DNA of 60,158 nt, the filler included, from Sphacelaria rigidula (lineage: Eukaryota): NCBI GenBank assembly GCA_964200075.2. It is 8 parts of 8 records of this genome, joined end to end, with 100 filler letters (N's around TTAATTAATTAA, not from the genome) between each part and the next. Parts side by side here need not be neighbours in the genome. Positions count along the whole stretch, not along the records: positions 37,663 to 45,094 come from CAXNAA020014948.1; positions 45,195 to 52,626 come from CAXNAA020014949.1; 6 more parts are not named here. The stretch is one strand, 5' to 3'. How positions within the stretch are numbered: the stretch's first letter is position 1; every line of letters begins with the position of its first letter. The notes under the pieces were generated by a model, which was not told where the DNA came from, made no database searches, and saw only the letters and a program-made list of their open reading frames with translations. Both the position numbers and the translations under genes were made by a program. Shown here in pieces: positions 38,669 through 51,166 of the stretch.

Positions 38669-39372
38669 CTGTTATTGTCCCGTGTTTTTTTTCACATGAT
38701 CAGGGGAAAACGAGCAACAGAGAGGTGCGTTAGTTTGTTTTGAGCGGCGGGGACGAGGGCGGTCGGTAGAGCTGCCATGTATGTAGGCGTTACTTCGTAT
38801 GATCATCACTTTAACTGATCCCTCAGGAAGTCATGATCCAGTCGTGGTCATATCCATATTATGGATGTACCCGACATGAAGACAAAATAGAAACACTCGC
38901 TGAAGCAAACTGAAATAAACAGGAAGGTAGAACAAGATAGTAGACCAAGCAAAGAAAATAAGAGAGTAACAAAAAAAAGCTAGAAATGGCGGCCTCTGCC
39001 ACGTGTGTAGGCATTATTTCTAATGATAAAAGAGATACAACGAAGAAAGCAAGGAGCAAGTAAAATGTTTATATTTACAGAAAATAACGATACGTTTTGC
39101 GAAAGTAACGCATGAAAGATAGGCGAACGAACAAGAATGAGGGCACACGACAGGTTCAGGTATACCCAAACATATTCGCGCCATACTCAGGTACATAGTG
39201 AACGAGTGCTATAGCACAAGTCGGCCAGATTTCAAGCCACGTAATTTGGCTGACACCGCCGCATACCTGTTTCTGGCGGAACACCCGATAGGAAGTCTCA
39301 AAACCTATATGTGATTATCGAAAAAGCACCCTGAATCTGGCAGACATTGTACCTGAATCTGGCGCATTTTAG

Positions 39373-39703
39373 GGGGATGGAATGCCGTACTTCAACCCTT
39401 CCAATAGTGGCAAAGAACGATGGCCGCACACTTTGAGTACTTCCCACAAGGTACCAGAGTCCAAAAGTACGACATGTGTTTCGGTCTCTCCGAACGAAGT
39501 CCGACTCTTGCGTGCTGAGTGCGGAGGTACGGCTACCGACTTTGCCAGAGGTAGATAACCCATCCATGTACAGCCGAACAGAATCGTGCTCAACGACCTC
39601 CAATAAAAACAAGTTATGCAGGCCAACGCCCCAGAAGAGTCGTGCACGCAGAATCTCCACGACCGTCGGCAACCCATGGGAGCGGAAAAACAGGCGGGAA
39701 AAA
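39373..39703. repeat. ~330-bp repeat, inverted partner of 40370-40700, in the kinase intron
   Basis: GGGATGGAATG...CCAAAAGTACGACATGTGTT..GGTCTCTCCGAACGAAGTCCGACTCTTG...AGAGTCGTGCACG aligns with the reverse complement of 40370-40700. A more distant copy is at ~36390-36560. Confidence 0.9.
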
Positions 39704-42687
39704 CTCATGGGTTGTAGTGAACAGTGTACTATTGTCGGAGACAAGTGCTTGTACAGTGAATGTACAGCATGCATGCGAACGGACGGAGACAGCACCAAAG
39801 TGTAATTACCGTACATCAGGCACCGATGCACAGACAACAACGCTAGTAATCATAGTGCATACTAATAGTGCATAATGATAATAACAATAACAATAACAAT
39901 AAAAAATAATTCGGTACTGTCGGCACTCTCGGTAATTCGTAGTGTTGTCCGCGGGCTCATGCTTTCCTTTCCCCTACGTTGGTTGTTGTTGTTGGTTTTC
40001 CGCTGGTCATTGCAGTTAGTTGTGGCCAAAACTGCAACCATTTTCACGGTAAGGAACAAAAGTGAAGCATTCGCGTTTCCTGACAGAATCTGTCTATCGT
40101 ACGGTTCGGATGTGCGATGGTTCCATTTCGGAAGACAACGTCCGTGTATCCTTTTGTCACCAGCAAGATTACTCCAGCGGATGCGCGTGTGCTACATGCG
40201 GAACGGTTCATCACTACCTAGTGTTGTACGGCAAATGTGAGCTGTACCGTGCCGTCTGCGCACCTACATGCATACGTTGTACACGCACTCGCTGTACGAG
40301 GGCCTGACATCGACAACATTTACATTGATCACTACAACCCGATCAATCAATCAGTCAAAACCCGTGCTATCTTCCCGCCCGTTTTCCCGCTTCGATGGGT
40401 TGCCGACGGTCACACGGGTTTTCCGTGCACGACTCTTTTGGGGTGTTGGCGTGCATGGTTCGTCTTTACTGGCGCTCGTTGAGCACGATCCTGTTCGTCT
40501 GTACATGGATGGATGATCTGCCTCTGGCAAAGCCAGTAGCCGAACCTTCGCACCCCGCACACAAGAGTCGGACTTCGTTCGGAGAGGCCGGAACACATGT
40601 CGTACTTTTGGACGCTGGTACCTTGTGGAAAGAGCTCGAAAAGTACGACCATCGTTTTTGTGCCAATATTGGGAGGGTTGAAGTATGACATTCCATCCCA
40701 TTGAAACCCGTCAGGTTTGGGTACCATCTCCGCCACTTTCATGTACTTTCCCAGAATTCACAGCCTTCGTATTTGTACTAATGTACTTTTCTCCGTCGAT
40801 TCGAAACGACCTGCACATCAACATAGAGACATGGCCAAAATCGATATTTTGTTGCAAAGACACAAGAAGCCCACGACACCCTCGCCGGAACCGTATACCC
40901 CAACCCATCGTACCTTGAAGCAACTAGAAACTCCCGCAACGGGACAAGTCAGGTTAGGGTGCACAAGATCGCATGGAGCACACTCAACACACTGTCACCT
41001 CCTCCACCACCATAACTACCGCCATCGTGCTCTTGTCCCATCCGCGTTGACTGGATACAGCTGCATCACGTACGATGCAGTCTGCTTCTGAGCTCTCTCA
41101 GCGTGAGACAACACAGCTCTCTCAGGCGGAGACTGTCCCACTACTTGAGGCACATGTTTTTTAGCAGCATGCTCAGCATGTTGGCTAGCGGCAGCTGCGT
41201 GGTGTGAAATGGAAAGTTTTGAGTTACTGTAGTCTGTGCAGCGCGGAAATATACTGTACTTCTGCGGTGAAATCGAAATGGAGAACAACTGACGTACGCA
41301 TTAAAAAAATGTGGACCAGTAAGTCAATACTCAATCTTGTTTGGTTTTGTAGACCTTGTCTTCCCGCGATTCACACTATGAACCAGGTGCATACCAAAAG
41401 CTGTACTCTCAGGTATCTTGCCCATGCCGGTGTGATGTTTCACATGGTTGGTGCCGAGAAAAGTACGAAAAAGCATTAAAACAAATCCGAGATACGTTTT
41501 GCGCGCTTCGGAGCCCTAAACTCAAAGATTGACGGGTGCAACTGTTTGTCTTGTAAATCCTGTGAAGGTTGCTTTTATTTGATGCATGGTTCCACGGGTG
41601 GGGTGGGGGACCACAAGAAAAAACAAGTAGAGTATTCGTTGGCAGTGAAGTGATAACACTAACTTCCGGCCCTCCTGTGCGAGAGGCACTATTGAAGGGA
41701 TGCATAAATCGGTGACAACAGAACAAATACGTACTTGCGTATTTTTTTTGCCAAGCAACGGACGCCTACATAGGCCGTCAATACCCGAAATCGTTGGCCA
41801 TGATTTGAACCAATGCTCAAAGCCATCAAAGTATGCAGATTAAGCGCAGTGGAATCCGCACATCGAATGCGATAGATAAATGTGCTATTGACGTGTAGCC
41901 ACAACCCAAGCCGTTGATTAGGGGTTTCGTTGGCGAGACAGCAGAGCGAGTGTTAGTCGCTTGTAAAGGTAAAGCCTAGTCAGTATGAATTTTCACTCGT
42001 CTATGAAACAAACGAGTATCATGCAAATATTGATATTTGCTCGTGAGGAGCAGAACAACATCATGTCGATGATGCGTCGTCGTTTGACAAAACTATAGAG
42101 GGTTTAGTGGTGCGGGTGGTGGTGTTGAATAGAGCGGACAATAGGTTCCCGGTCAGAGTAAGATCACGAGAAATCGTCAAATCGTTGTAGTCTGATTCAT
42201 GCAACACGCGCCCGGATTGAAAGGGCCCACGTGATAAACAGATAAAATTCGATATAACAAGATACCATGCATCTGAATAACAACCAAACCTACCGACATT
42301 GAGATCGACCGCAACGAGGAACAAGGGGCCCCATGTTGTAGAAAGGAATACTGAAAAATGCTCATATGCGATTGAACATAACGCGTATCAGGGACTCGTT
42401 CACACAGGCCTACAAGTACTATTTCTGTGAGTCCTAATCGGCACCTTTCACGAGTACTCCGGTCCAAACAGGCAGAGATCTGTTCGATATTCCCCGTTGC
42501 CGCTATATTCGGTCGTCACAAGCAGGCATTGTACGAACAGCCTACGGATGTAGCATGACGAATAATCCTACGCTGCAGAAATCGTCGAAAGTGTTCTCAA
42601 CGACTACTGTTCCCCAGACTATTTCCAGAAGGACCCTATGGATACAACATACCAAAATCTGTCATCGATCATCACGGCACAGCTTAC

Positions 42688-44076
42688 GTAAGAAACATTC
42701 CCGCTGGTAATTCGAGTAGCGGCCTCGACGCTTCCTCTTGCTCTCCTCCGATCCGACCTGGCCACTTCCTTTTCACCCCGCCGCCTTTCCCCCCCGGCTC
42801 CAGCCCCCCCTTTCCTTTCTACGCCTCTCGCCCCCGCGCCGCTCGATATCCTGTGCCCGCCAGCACCATTGCCACCATCCCGTCTACATCGACCAGACGA
42901 TGACGTCGACGAAGAACTAATGGATGACCCCCCAGAATCCATGTTCGTCCCCTTATGGTCGTGTTGCTGCTGAGGAAGCCCCGGGACTCCCTGCGATGGC
43001 GGTGGCGCTGCTACCGCTGTCGCCACCCCCGCCGCCACTGATCGTCGCGGTCGCCGTTTCTCCCCGTAGCCTGGGCGACTGCTCGCGCCGCCACCGCCTC
43101 GACTGCCGTCGGTTCTTCGAACGCCTGCTCTCAGTGGTTGTGGCGGTGTGGCTGCAGACGTTCTCGGTGCCGGTGTTGATGTTGATGTCGGCATCGCTGT
43201 TGCTGCTACTGTTGCTGCTGCTGCTGTTGTTGTTGTTGTTGTTGTTGTTATTGTTGGTGCTGGTGGTAGTGTTGATGAAACCTGCGGCGGTGGCGGCGGC
43301 GCCGGCGTAGAAGGAGGAGGGGGAGGTGGTGCTGCCGATGGTGGTATTGCTAACGGCTCTGCGGTTGCACGCGAAGACGCTATGGTGCCGGTGATCTCCG
43401 TCTGTTGCAGTTGTCTTCGCCGCTGTCGCTCTCTGCTCTCAGTAGTGGTCACATTTGATGACCTCCTGTCTGGTCTTGTCTGCTGCCGGTGTTGAGGGTG
43501 GTATTTCCCGTCATGCTGCTTCGGCGGCGGAGATTGATGTTTAACTTTGGCGGCACTATCGACTGCGCGCAGATACGGAGTAACGACGGAGTGACGCTCG
43601 GGGAATAAAACACTCTTGCTCGAGGCAGAGGGTGCGGCACCGCTGCTGCTGCTGCTACTGCTGCTGCTGCTGCCAGGTCTGGTGCTAGCAGCAGACGGCG
43701 GCTTTGGCTGTCCTGTTGTCGGCGGTGAGTGTCCTGAAATGGCGGTTGATCTATCCCACGGAAGCTCTTGTCGTTTCATGGGTGTGCTAAACTGTGGTTT
43801 GCTGCTGCTACTGCCGAAATTGCTTGCTACCCCATTGCTGATGGGGATGGCATGATGGTCACTTGCCGCCGCTACCGCCGCCGCCGCGGCCGCAGCAGGA
43901 AATACCACGGCCGCCGCTAGTGCCGCCGCCTTCTTATTCCCCTCTTCGTTGTCGCTGCTGTTGACGTTTTCTCCTGCTGATGGATTGCCGTGAATGGCGT
44001 TACTGTTGCTGCTTGCTGGCACCCCTCGTTCCTCTTGTGATCCTCCCGGCGTCCTCCACGGCATGTGCGGCATCAT
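42688..44076 (-). CDS. First exon of the same kinase: 463-aa low-complexity (S/P/T/A/G-rich) N-terminal extension
   Basis: gccATG start with an upstream in-frame TAG, 463 open codons, donor TAC|gtaagc in phase 0. Splicing to 38668 gives NVSY-QIGQEIGRGGFG, restoring the canonical Y-x-x-G-x-x-I-G kinase start. Confidence 0.85.
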
Positions 44077-45009
44077 GGCGCCTCTCGCGCGGTCCTATAC
44101 CCTTTTGGCTTGCAGCCTGCTGTTGAGCAAGAGGCCATCCGTCGGCAAGTCATTTTCTAGTTTTTGATGTGCTCTGTTCACATTTGCCCTGCCATCCTTA
44201 CATTCATACCCGGAGATGAGAACAACTGATCGGACTCGATATTATCATGTGTTGTCATCCCATCTATTCTGGACGACAGTCTACACCTTCCGGCAGGGCG
44301 GTGAACTGGACCAGTTTATACTGCCGGTTAAACTGGAACTGGAGTTAAACTGGAACTGGCGACGAGGGCGCCAGAGTCTTTCTACGAGAGCCTCCCCCCC
44401 CAAACCAGCCCAAACTGTCACGAAGAAAATGGCCATACAGGTTGGTTCACGCGAAAGACCCAAACTTCTGTCATCAGCAAATACCTTCTGCAATACGCAC
44501 CCAATAATCGTAAACATTGTATCATACTGACCGCAATGAACAGACGAAGAGGGTGGCATAGCCGGGTTTTTGTTCAAGGCTATAGCGGTGGCGCTTAGGA
44601 CAAGAATGTATCTCAACCAACCAGCGCTTTTTAAATTGTTCTGAAATGAACAAACACGAATCTCAGTGCCAATTTCCACCGAATCTCCACATGCTTCGAA
44701 TCGTAGTTACCGTCATCAGCTCGGTTATCTCACGGGAGAAACAGATTTGGAAACGGTTCTAAGGCTGGATGTTATGGCACACAGACTTTTGGCCCACGGA
44801 CTGTTCACTTTTGGGACGTTTGACCCACTTTTCGACACCCAAACAGGGAAAATGGCCAACACACGTCTTGGTCAATTTGCACAAATGTGCTATGTGTAAT
44901 TACGCAACTTTGGATGAACGAGGTTATTTATTATTTTTATTTGTACCCTTTTACGGGAGTCCGACTGGATCGGAGTTTCCCCGAAAAAAGTGGGATCCTC
45001 GAGAAACGG

Positions 45010-45094
45010 TGATTGATTGATTGATTGGTTGATTGTCGCACTTTAACTGACCCCCCAGGGGTCCAGCCGTGGTCTCATGACAGACGTACCCAAG
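45010..45094. repeat. Repeat end with (GATT)n tail, probably a retroposon 3' end; copies at ~48222-48306 and ~38800-38850
   Basis: GATTGATTG...GTCGCACTTTAACTGACC...GGGTCCAGCCGTGGTC.CATGA.AGACGT.CCCAAG recurs. Confidence 0.75.
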
Positions 45095-45707
45095 NNNNNN
45101 NNNNNNNNNNNNNNNNNNNNNNNNNNNNNNNNNNNNNNTTAATTAATTAANNNNNNNNNNNNNNNNNNNNNNNNNNNNNNNNNNNNNNNNNNNNTAGCAC
45201 GTCCCGTTCCTCCTTGTATAGCTCACATTCTGCCACTAGATGACTTCTGCTCTCTATTGGGGGTGGTATCGCAGCAACCAATCATCGGTCGTTTTTTCAC
45301 AAAAACGATTTCTTGACAGGTGATAATTACTTCTGGTAAGACACCGCCTAACCCTTACCTTAACCCTAACCCTCACCCTCATCCCAACGGAGGCTTACAG
45401 AGAACCCTGGGGCAGGGGAAAGTGCGCGTTGCTAGACCTCAAACGCCGATGTGCACAAAAACGCATTCTGCGCACCACAGGAGCACACCCCCCCTTGAAG
45501 ATCCTGATTTCGTTGTCCGCACTAAAACGAAGTGAGCCAAACTTCACGCTACGAAATGGTACACTTTGCTGGATGCATCTTACCCAAGGTGAACAAAGCA
45601 GTGACTGATGGAAAATGATGCACACGCCAACGACGATGGAAATATAATGTAGTCGCTGACGCCACATCCGCTTGAAATCGGTTGCTGTGACCTCCGTCTG
45701 CACATAG

Positions 45708-45896
45708 GTACGAGGCTGCTGGAAATCGTAGGCCATCCCATGGGTTCTTCGACATGATTGAAAATTTCACGATGGCGGACGACGCGGGCCATGGAGGAAA
45801 GGGACCCGACCTCTTCGTGGTGAAGCAGCTTAAGCTACTGCAGAAGGAGCAAAAGAGATTTCTCCGAGGAGTGCTCTCCACGTCTGACTCCATCAG
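45708..45896 (+). CDS. Internal exon of an unknown protein
   Basis: Acceptor cacatag|G, donor CAG|gtgaca, 189 nt, symmetric phase 2-2. Open frame YEAAGNRRPSHGFFDMIENFTMADDAGHGGKGPDLFVVKQLKLLQKEQKRFLRGVLSTSDSI. Confidence 0.6.
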
Positions 45897-47169
45897 GTGA
45901 CAAAATATATAACTTACTGGAAAAACAATGCTCTGCTCTGTCCTGTACTAAAATGTAGTGAATCGCACTGTACTGGACAAAATCGTGCTGTGTTGTGCTG
46001 TGCTATGCTGTGCTGTGCTGTGTTTGCACTAGTTACTTTTTTGTGCTAAAATTTGAAGTGCGTCACTGCTTCCCATACACGTGGCCTAATTCAACTGTCA
46101 ATGACGGGAGACTAGACACGATGCACATACATGCCGCAGCCACACACTACGAAAGGCGACGATATTATGTGGCTTTCAGCATGAACATCGCCCGCTTCAC
46201 ATGAAACACGTGACATACAACACTCTGCCCAGTCCGCTCGCGTGACCAACCGTACAGACAACCGCCGAAGCCTCGACAATGCGGATTACCGGCCTGTGGG
46301 CGATTACGTTATACATTAGCTTTTGCCATGCTGCACGAACCGGACGTGAACGTTTTGTGCTGCGTTCGACCTTGGGTCATATTTCCTTCTAGCATGTATT
46401 CATGTACTTGCTGAAGCTGGAACACGACGAATAGACCTCTGGACTACATGTCCGTGCGGCTCGATACCCTCGTACCTCGTTTCCTGTCGTCCCCGGATAT
46501 TTTTATAGTGCGGATTTCGTGTGGCAGCGTATGCTGTGCTCGTGTCGACTGCCATACTCACCGATGAAATAGGGTACAGTATGGCAATGAGCTACCTCCT
46601 CCAGAGCGCCAAAGATGGCATGAGCGATTTCAAGTGTAGCTGTTGTGTTCCTGATGAACTATTGTGGCATTTAAAAACATGAAATTCGGTAACTGTGCGC
46701 TCTCCTGTCGTTTATTCGCTGTGTTATCATCTGCGGGTTCGTTCTTCATTCGAGGAATATATCTTGAATGGGATTTGCACTTGCCGGCCGAGTCCGGCGC
46801 AAGAGGTGGTTCTGAAACTGTTCTGAAACGCATTTTTCAGCACGGATTAAAATGATGTGCTTAGAAACCTCTGCACTGAGCCGATCATTCCGTCGTCCCA
46901 TCGTACACGAATGAGTGCTGTACGTGTTTACAGTCGAAGAGATCTATTCTGCATCCCACCCGTCGTTGTTACTGCAGATGAGGTGACTCCTCGGTAGGAA
47001 ATTTGAAAAATGCCACTTCCCATGATAATGCAATGGGCTATGCCGGGACCCCCTGCGCCATGCCATGCGATGAGGATCTCTTTGGTTCAGAATTCATGGC
47101 GTTTTTTTCAATCGATTTGAGACAATCAATCAATCACGTCAGTCAATCGGCACCGCAGGTAATAATATA

Positions 47170-47416
47170 GTATATATACATATATTCGAACTCACGAGCG
47201 TGCAGCATTCTTTGTAACGAGGCGTCCACGAGCTTCAGTGCTGGTTTTAGTGTCCGAGTTCCTCGGCACCCGCCCCGAGAGATGACCCTTCGGGCCAATG
47301 CCAATGCTAGGGGTCTATTGCCCGGATTTGTGCTACAATTTGTGTAGGGGGGTACACAAGCGTTCGCGACCGTTCGAACGTGCGCATGATCGCGGTGGTC
47401 CTGCAATGTTTCCGGC
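47170..47416 (+). mobile_element. Partial copy of a Helitron-like non-autonomous repeat (uninterrupted paralogue of 48878-48960 + 51167-51330)
   Basis: TATATA...AACTCACGAGCGT...GTAACGAGGCGTCCACGAG...GGGCCAATGCCAATGCTAGGGGTC...GATCGCGGTGGTCCTGCAATGTTTCCGGCG. Confidence 0.65.
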
Positions 47417-48960
47417 GATTTATACTGGAAGGAGTGTGTTATATCCGCACCCGCCCGCACGCGACCTTCTCATAATGTGTATACATGTTGGAATTATACA
47501 GTAATCATAGTATCTTCAAAGTTTAGGATCTATAATAGGTGATATTTGGCGAAGAATGCACAATATCTGCGTTTACTCTGTGGCTTAGCGGTGGAAATGC
47601 GCTTGGCAGAAGTGTCGACGTGGGTTCGACCCTAGTGTCGTCTACATGTTTTCGCTTGTCGGGCATGAGTTAAACACTGTTCCTTCACACCGGGAGTCCT
47701 CGGCATGTGAGTGTTTTCTTTAGGTGGAAAATGAAATTCTAGATGTGCAAGACGTCGGTATTCGTTCGAACCCTGTGTCGGCTACATGATTCTTGCTCGT
47801 GGTGCGTGAGCAGAACACTGTTCTTCACACCGGGAGTCGAGTTCGAGTCCTGGGTCGAGTATTTTTTTCCTGCTGGTGGTGCCGTATAAGAACACAGTTT
47901 TTTTACACCGGGAGTCGATTTAGTCTTCCATTGCAATCTTCGCGCACTTTCTCTCATCGTTCATACCCGCGGTCCGATTCCTCATCGTCTCGTAAATTTT
48001 GTTCCCATCATCATATTATCCCTTCGCACTTCCATCAACCAACACCGGCTTCCCTGTAAACAAGCACAATAGCCTCGAAGGCATCGGTGCGAGCAGAGGG
48101 ATTGCTACGACGTATCGACCATTACCCTCTCTCTCAGTCGCGCTGCAAAATTTTTCCTATGCACTTTTCCTCATCGTTCCACCCGCAATCCAGTACTCTT
48201 TATCGTCTTATTTCTTCCGTATGATTGGTTGTTTGATTGAACGATTGTCGCACTTTAACTGACCACCTATGGGTCCAGCCGTGGTCGCATGATAGACGTG
48301 CCCAAGGCAAGCAAAGCTGAAACACTCGTTCAAGGAAACGAAGGAGCAGAAAAAAGTCGAGCAGAACGACATAGTAGACTACGACGTGAAAAATGTAATG
48401 ATAATTAAAAAAGAAAAAAATCAACAAAAGCAAAGCACAGAAGAAGATGGCCGACCTGAGAAAAAAAAAGGGAGCAGAAAAACAATGGAATCAAGTAATT
48501 AAAAAATAAGGAATCCTGAGGGATTCGGGGCAGCAGACTAGATACAAACACACACCAGTGGGCACCGCAGCGCCACCGACTAAGGACATGAAATTTTAGC
48601 CGAGAGTCATTTCTCACCAGAGCTTGGCAGGGCAAGAATACCGCGACCCTCTAAGAAGGCGGGCGGGACCGGGGCGCTCTAATGCCTTAGATACCCGCTT
48701 TTGCTCGTCGTCCATACCCGCAATCCTGGAGGAGTTTACATGTGTTTTTGTTTATGTGCAAGATGAACATTTCGAAAGAGGATCTATTCTCACGAGGGGT
48801 TGGCAAGGCGAGAATACCGCGACCCTCCAAGAAGACGGACGGGACTGGGGCGTTAGCCCCGGTCCCGAACGGCTTGGATATATATAGAATATTTCTAACT
48901 CACGAGCGTCAAGCATACTTCGTAACGAGGCGTCCACGAGATTCGATGCTGACTTTACTG

Positions 48961-51166
48961 TTATGGGCGCGCCTGACCCCCCAAACTGGGCAGAAAAAGT
49001 GACACCGACCAAAAGCACGAACAGACCGTAGATCCCGTTTATCCCCTGATTATGCACGCCGTCAAATCCCCCAAAGTACTTGTGATTTGAGTGGGGTTTA
49101 CACTTATGGATTTCCCATTTTTGTCGTCCCGGACTACGAACCACGGCGTGCCTAGGCTACTCACCGGCGTGTATTTGTCCAAGCTACAATCTGATACGAT
49201 TGTAAAACCAAAGGACTTATGGTGATCGAGAAAATCGCAAAAAAGCCCATGTTCTTTTCACTCAATTTGCTATAAAACTCGAATGCCGATGAGATAAAAA
49301 AAAAAATGACCACCGGATTTGTAGCTGCCGTTTTGGCGCAGATGATGCAAAAAAGTGCATCTCAAGCGATCGCCTTGGCGATGAGTAATGGGCTACCGTT
49401 TGGGCTATGAGCGCAAACCAGCGCCTCCAACACTTGCCGGTTTCCACGATATGCGAAAACCTCAACCCTGTCCAAGGCCCTGATAATAGATTACACCCAT
49501 GAATGACTTTTGATACTGCAGATGGTTGGTACATCCCATGCGTAGAATGTTCGGCAGGCGTAGAATTTGAACCTCTGACCGAACCCCTAGAGGCTTCCGT
49601 GTCTGCGGATATTTACCCCCATCTGTGCATCGCTTGTAGTGGCAAGAGTAGCGCTCGTTCTTCTGCACCCGGTGTCATCACCACGCCACCATCGATAGCT
49701 TAGCTTTGAATCCAATCTCACCTGGCGGCAAGTGTGGACAAACTCTGAACTGAAGGAGAAAAGAAAGCCACAGAGCAAGCCGGCGTTCAAGAAGAGCCAG
49801 CAGTATCCGCAATGGCAACACACTCCAACAGCCGTTATGGACATGATCATGAGTCGCACGAACGAAAGCAAAAATCATCCTTGCGACCTTGCAGCAGCGA
49901 AGCGAACAAATTATAACACCAGACCTAACCCTAACCACAACAAGGGCATACCGAGAACCCTCGGGCAAGGCGGGTGCAACGTGTTCCCAAAGTGAAGTGT
50001 ACGTTGCCAGACCTCAAATCGTTGCCCCAGGCCCCGATTCTGACAAGAACGCATTGTGGGCACGCTAGGAGCATGCTACAAGCACAGCTTCCATGAACAA
50101 ATCCGGATTTCGGTGCTCACAATAAAATCAAGATGGATCAACTTACCCTCCCGAATGGTCAACTATACTGCGTCAAAACGACACAGAAGACAGCATAAAG
50201 TCGTTTGCCCACTTTTGCTCAAGCCACATGGCACCGAAGCCCCATTCATGTCTTTCAGTGCACCAACCCGTCCTAAGACACGCGTCCGTTGTAGCGGCAG
50301 TGGTGGGTGACGACCGACGGTTTGTTTTCATTCCCTCTTGGAATACGATATCCTAGGAGTCCGATGAAAATCATGCATATTCATGAAATGAAATGGCATG
50401 CCCACGGGACAACAAATACGCTTGCACAGGGCGAGTCATTCATCCGCTAAAATTGTAGAACGATGGGATCCGATAAATCAAGCTGCTCAAAACATGACGA
50501 GCAAGTCTACCAACATCCGCCCAGCCTTCACACACCCGGCGACTGTACTCCACTCGTCTGTGTAAGGGCCGTCCTCGTCGAAGTTCATCAGTTCATATGG
50601 TTCTGTCGCATATTGATCATATGATTTTGCAAAAATAAATGGTTCAGCGTTCCCGTTTCAGGCGTTAGGCTACAAATGTTCATGGTTGATATTACCTGGT
50701 TTGAGTGTGTACAACGAGAATCGGAATTCAAGTAGCACTGACAGTCCCGTGGGCTCCTCGTGGGAGCAGAACGTGTTTTGGTTGAAATCGGCGCCACAGG
50801 CGCAGATTTGGGATCTACCAAGACCTCACTTTGTTCAGAGAATGTATGTACCGCCCTTGCCCGAGGGTTTTAGGTGTGCGTTGGGTTGGGTCAACCCAAC
50901 TGTAATACCCTCCTGGCATTCCAGCGTATCGCAAGCGTGGACGAAAAGCTACGCAGTGGCATGCAATATATGAGGAAGAAGAACGGAAGTAACGGTGGGG
51001 TTCTCTATATGAATTTTGGATCCATGTCGTTCTCTTCCGATGACGTTAGGCATATTTTACACGACGAGCCTAGATAAGCCCCAAAAGTCGATCTGTACGT
51101 ATATTTTCGTGATATTGGTCGGTGACACTTTTTTTGCCCAGTTTGGGGGGTCAGGCGCGCCCATAA
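48961..51166. mobile_element. Non-autonomous TIR DNA transposon (2,206 bp) with a 3-bp CTG target duplication
   Basis: TIRs of at least 50 bp: TTATGGGCGCGCCTGACCCCCCAAACTGGGCA.AAAAAGTG.CACCGACCAA and its reverse complement. CTG at 48958-48960 and 51167-51169. The paralogue at ~47250 shows the empty site. Confidence 0.88.
49890..50150 (+). repeat. (TAACCC)n-containing repeat module; homologues at ~45340-45545 (+) and ~50680-50890 (-)
   Basis: CCTAACCCTAACC...GAGAACCCT.GGGCA.GG...AAGTG..CGTTGC.AGACCTCAAA...AA.AACGCATT.TG.GCAC...AGGAGCA is shared. Confidence 0.7.

Noticed and set aside
42924-43855. Plus-strand poly-Leu/Val ORFs as membrane proteins
   Set aside because: They are antisense shadows of trinucleotide repeats in the minus-strand kinase exon.
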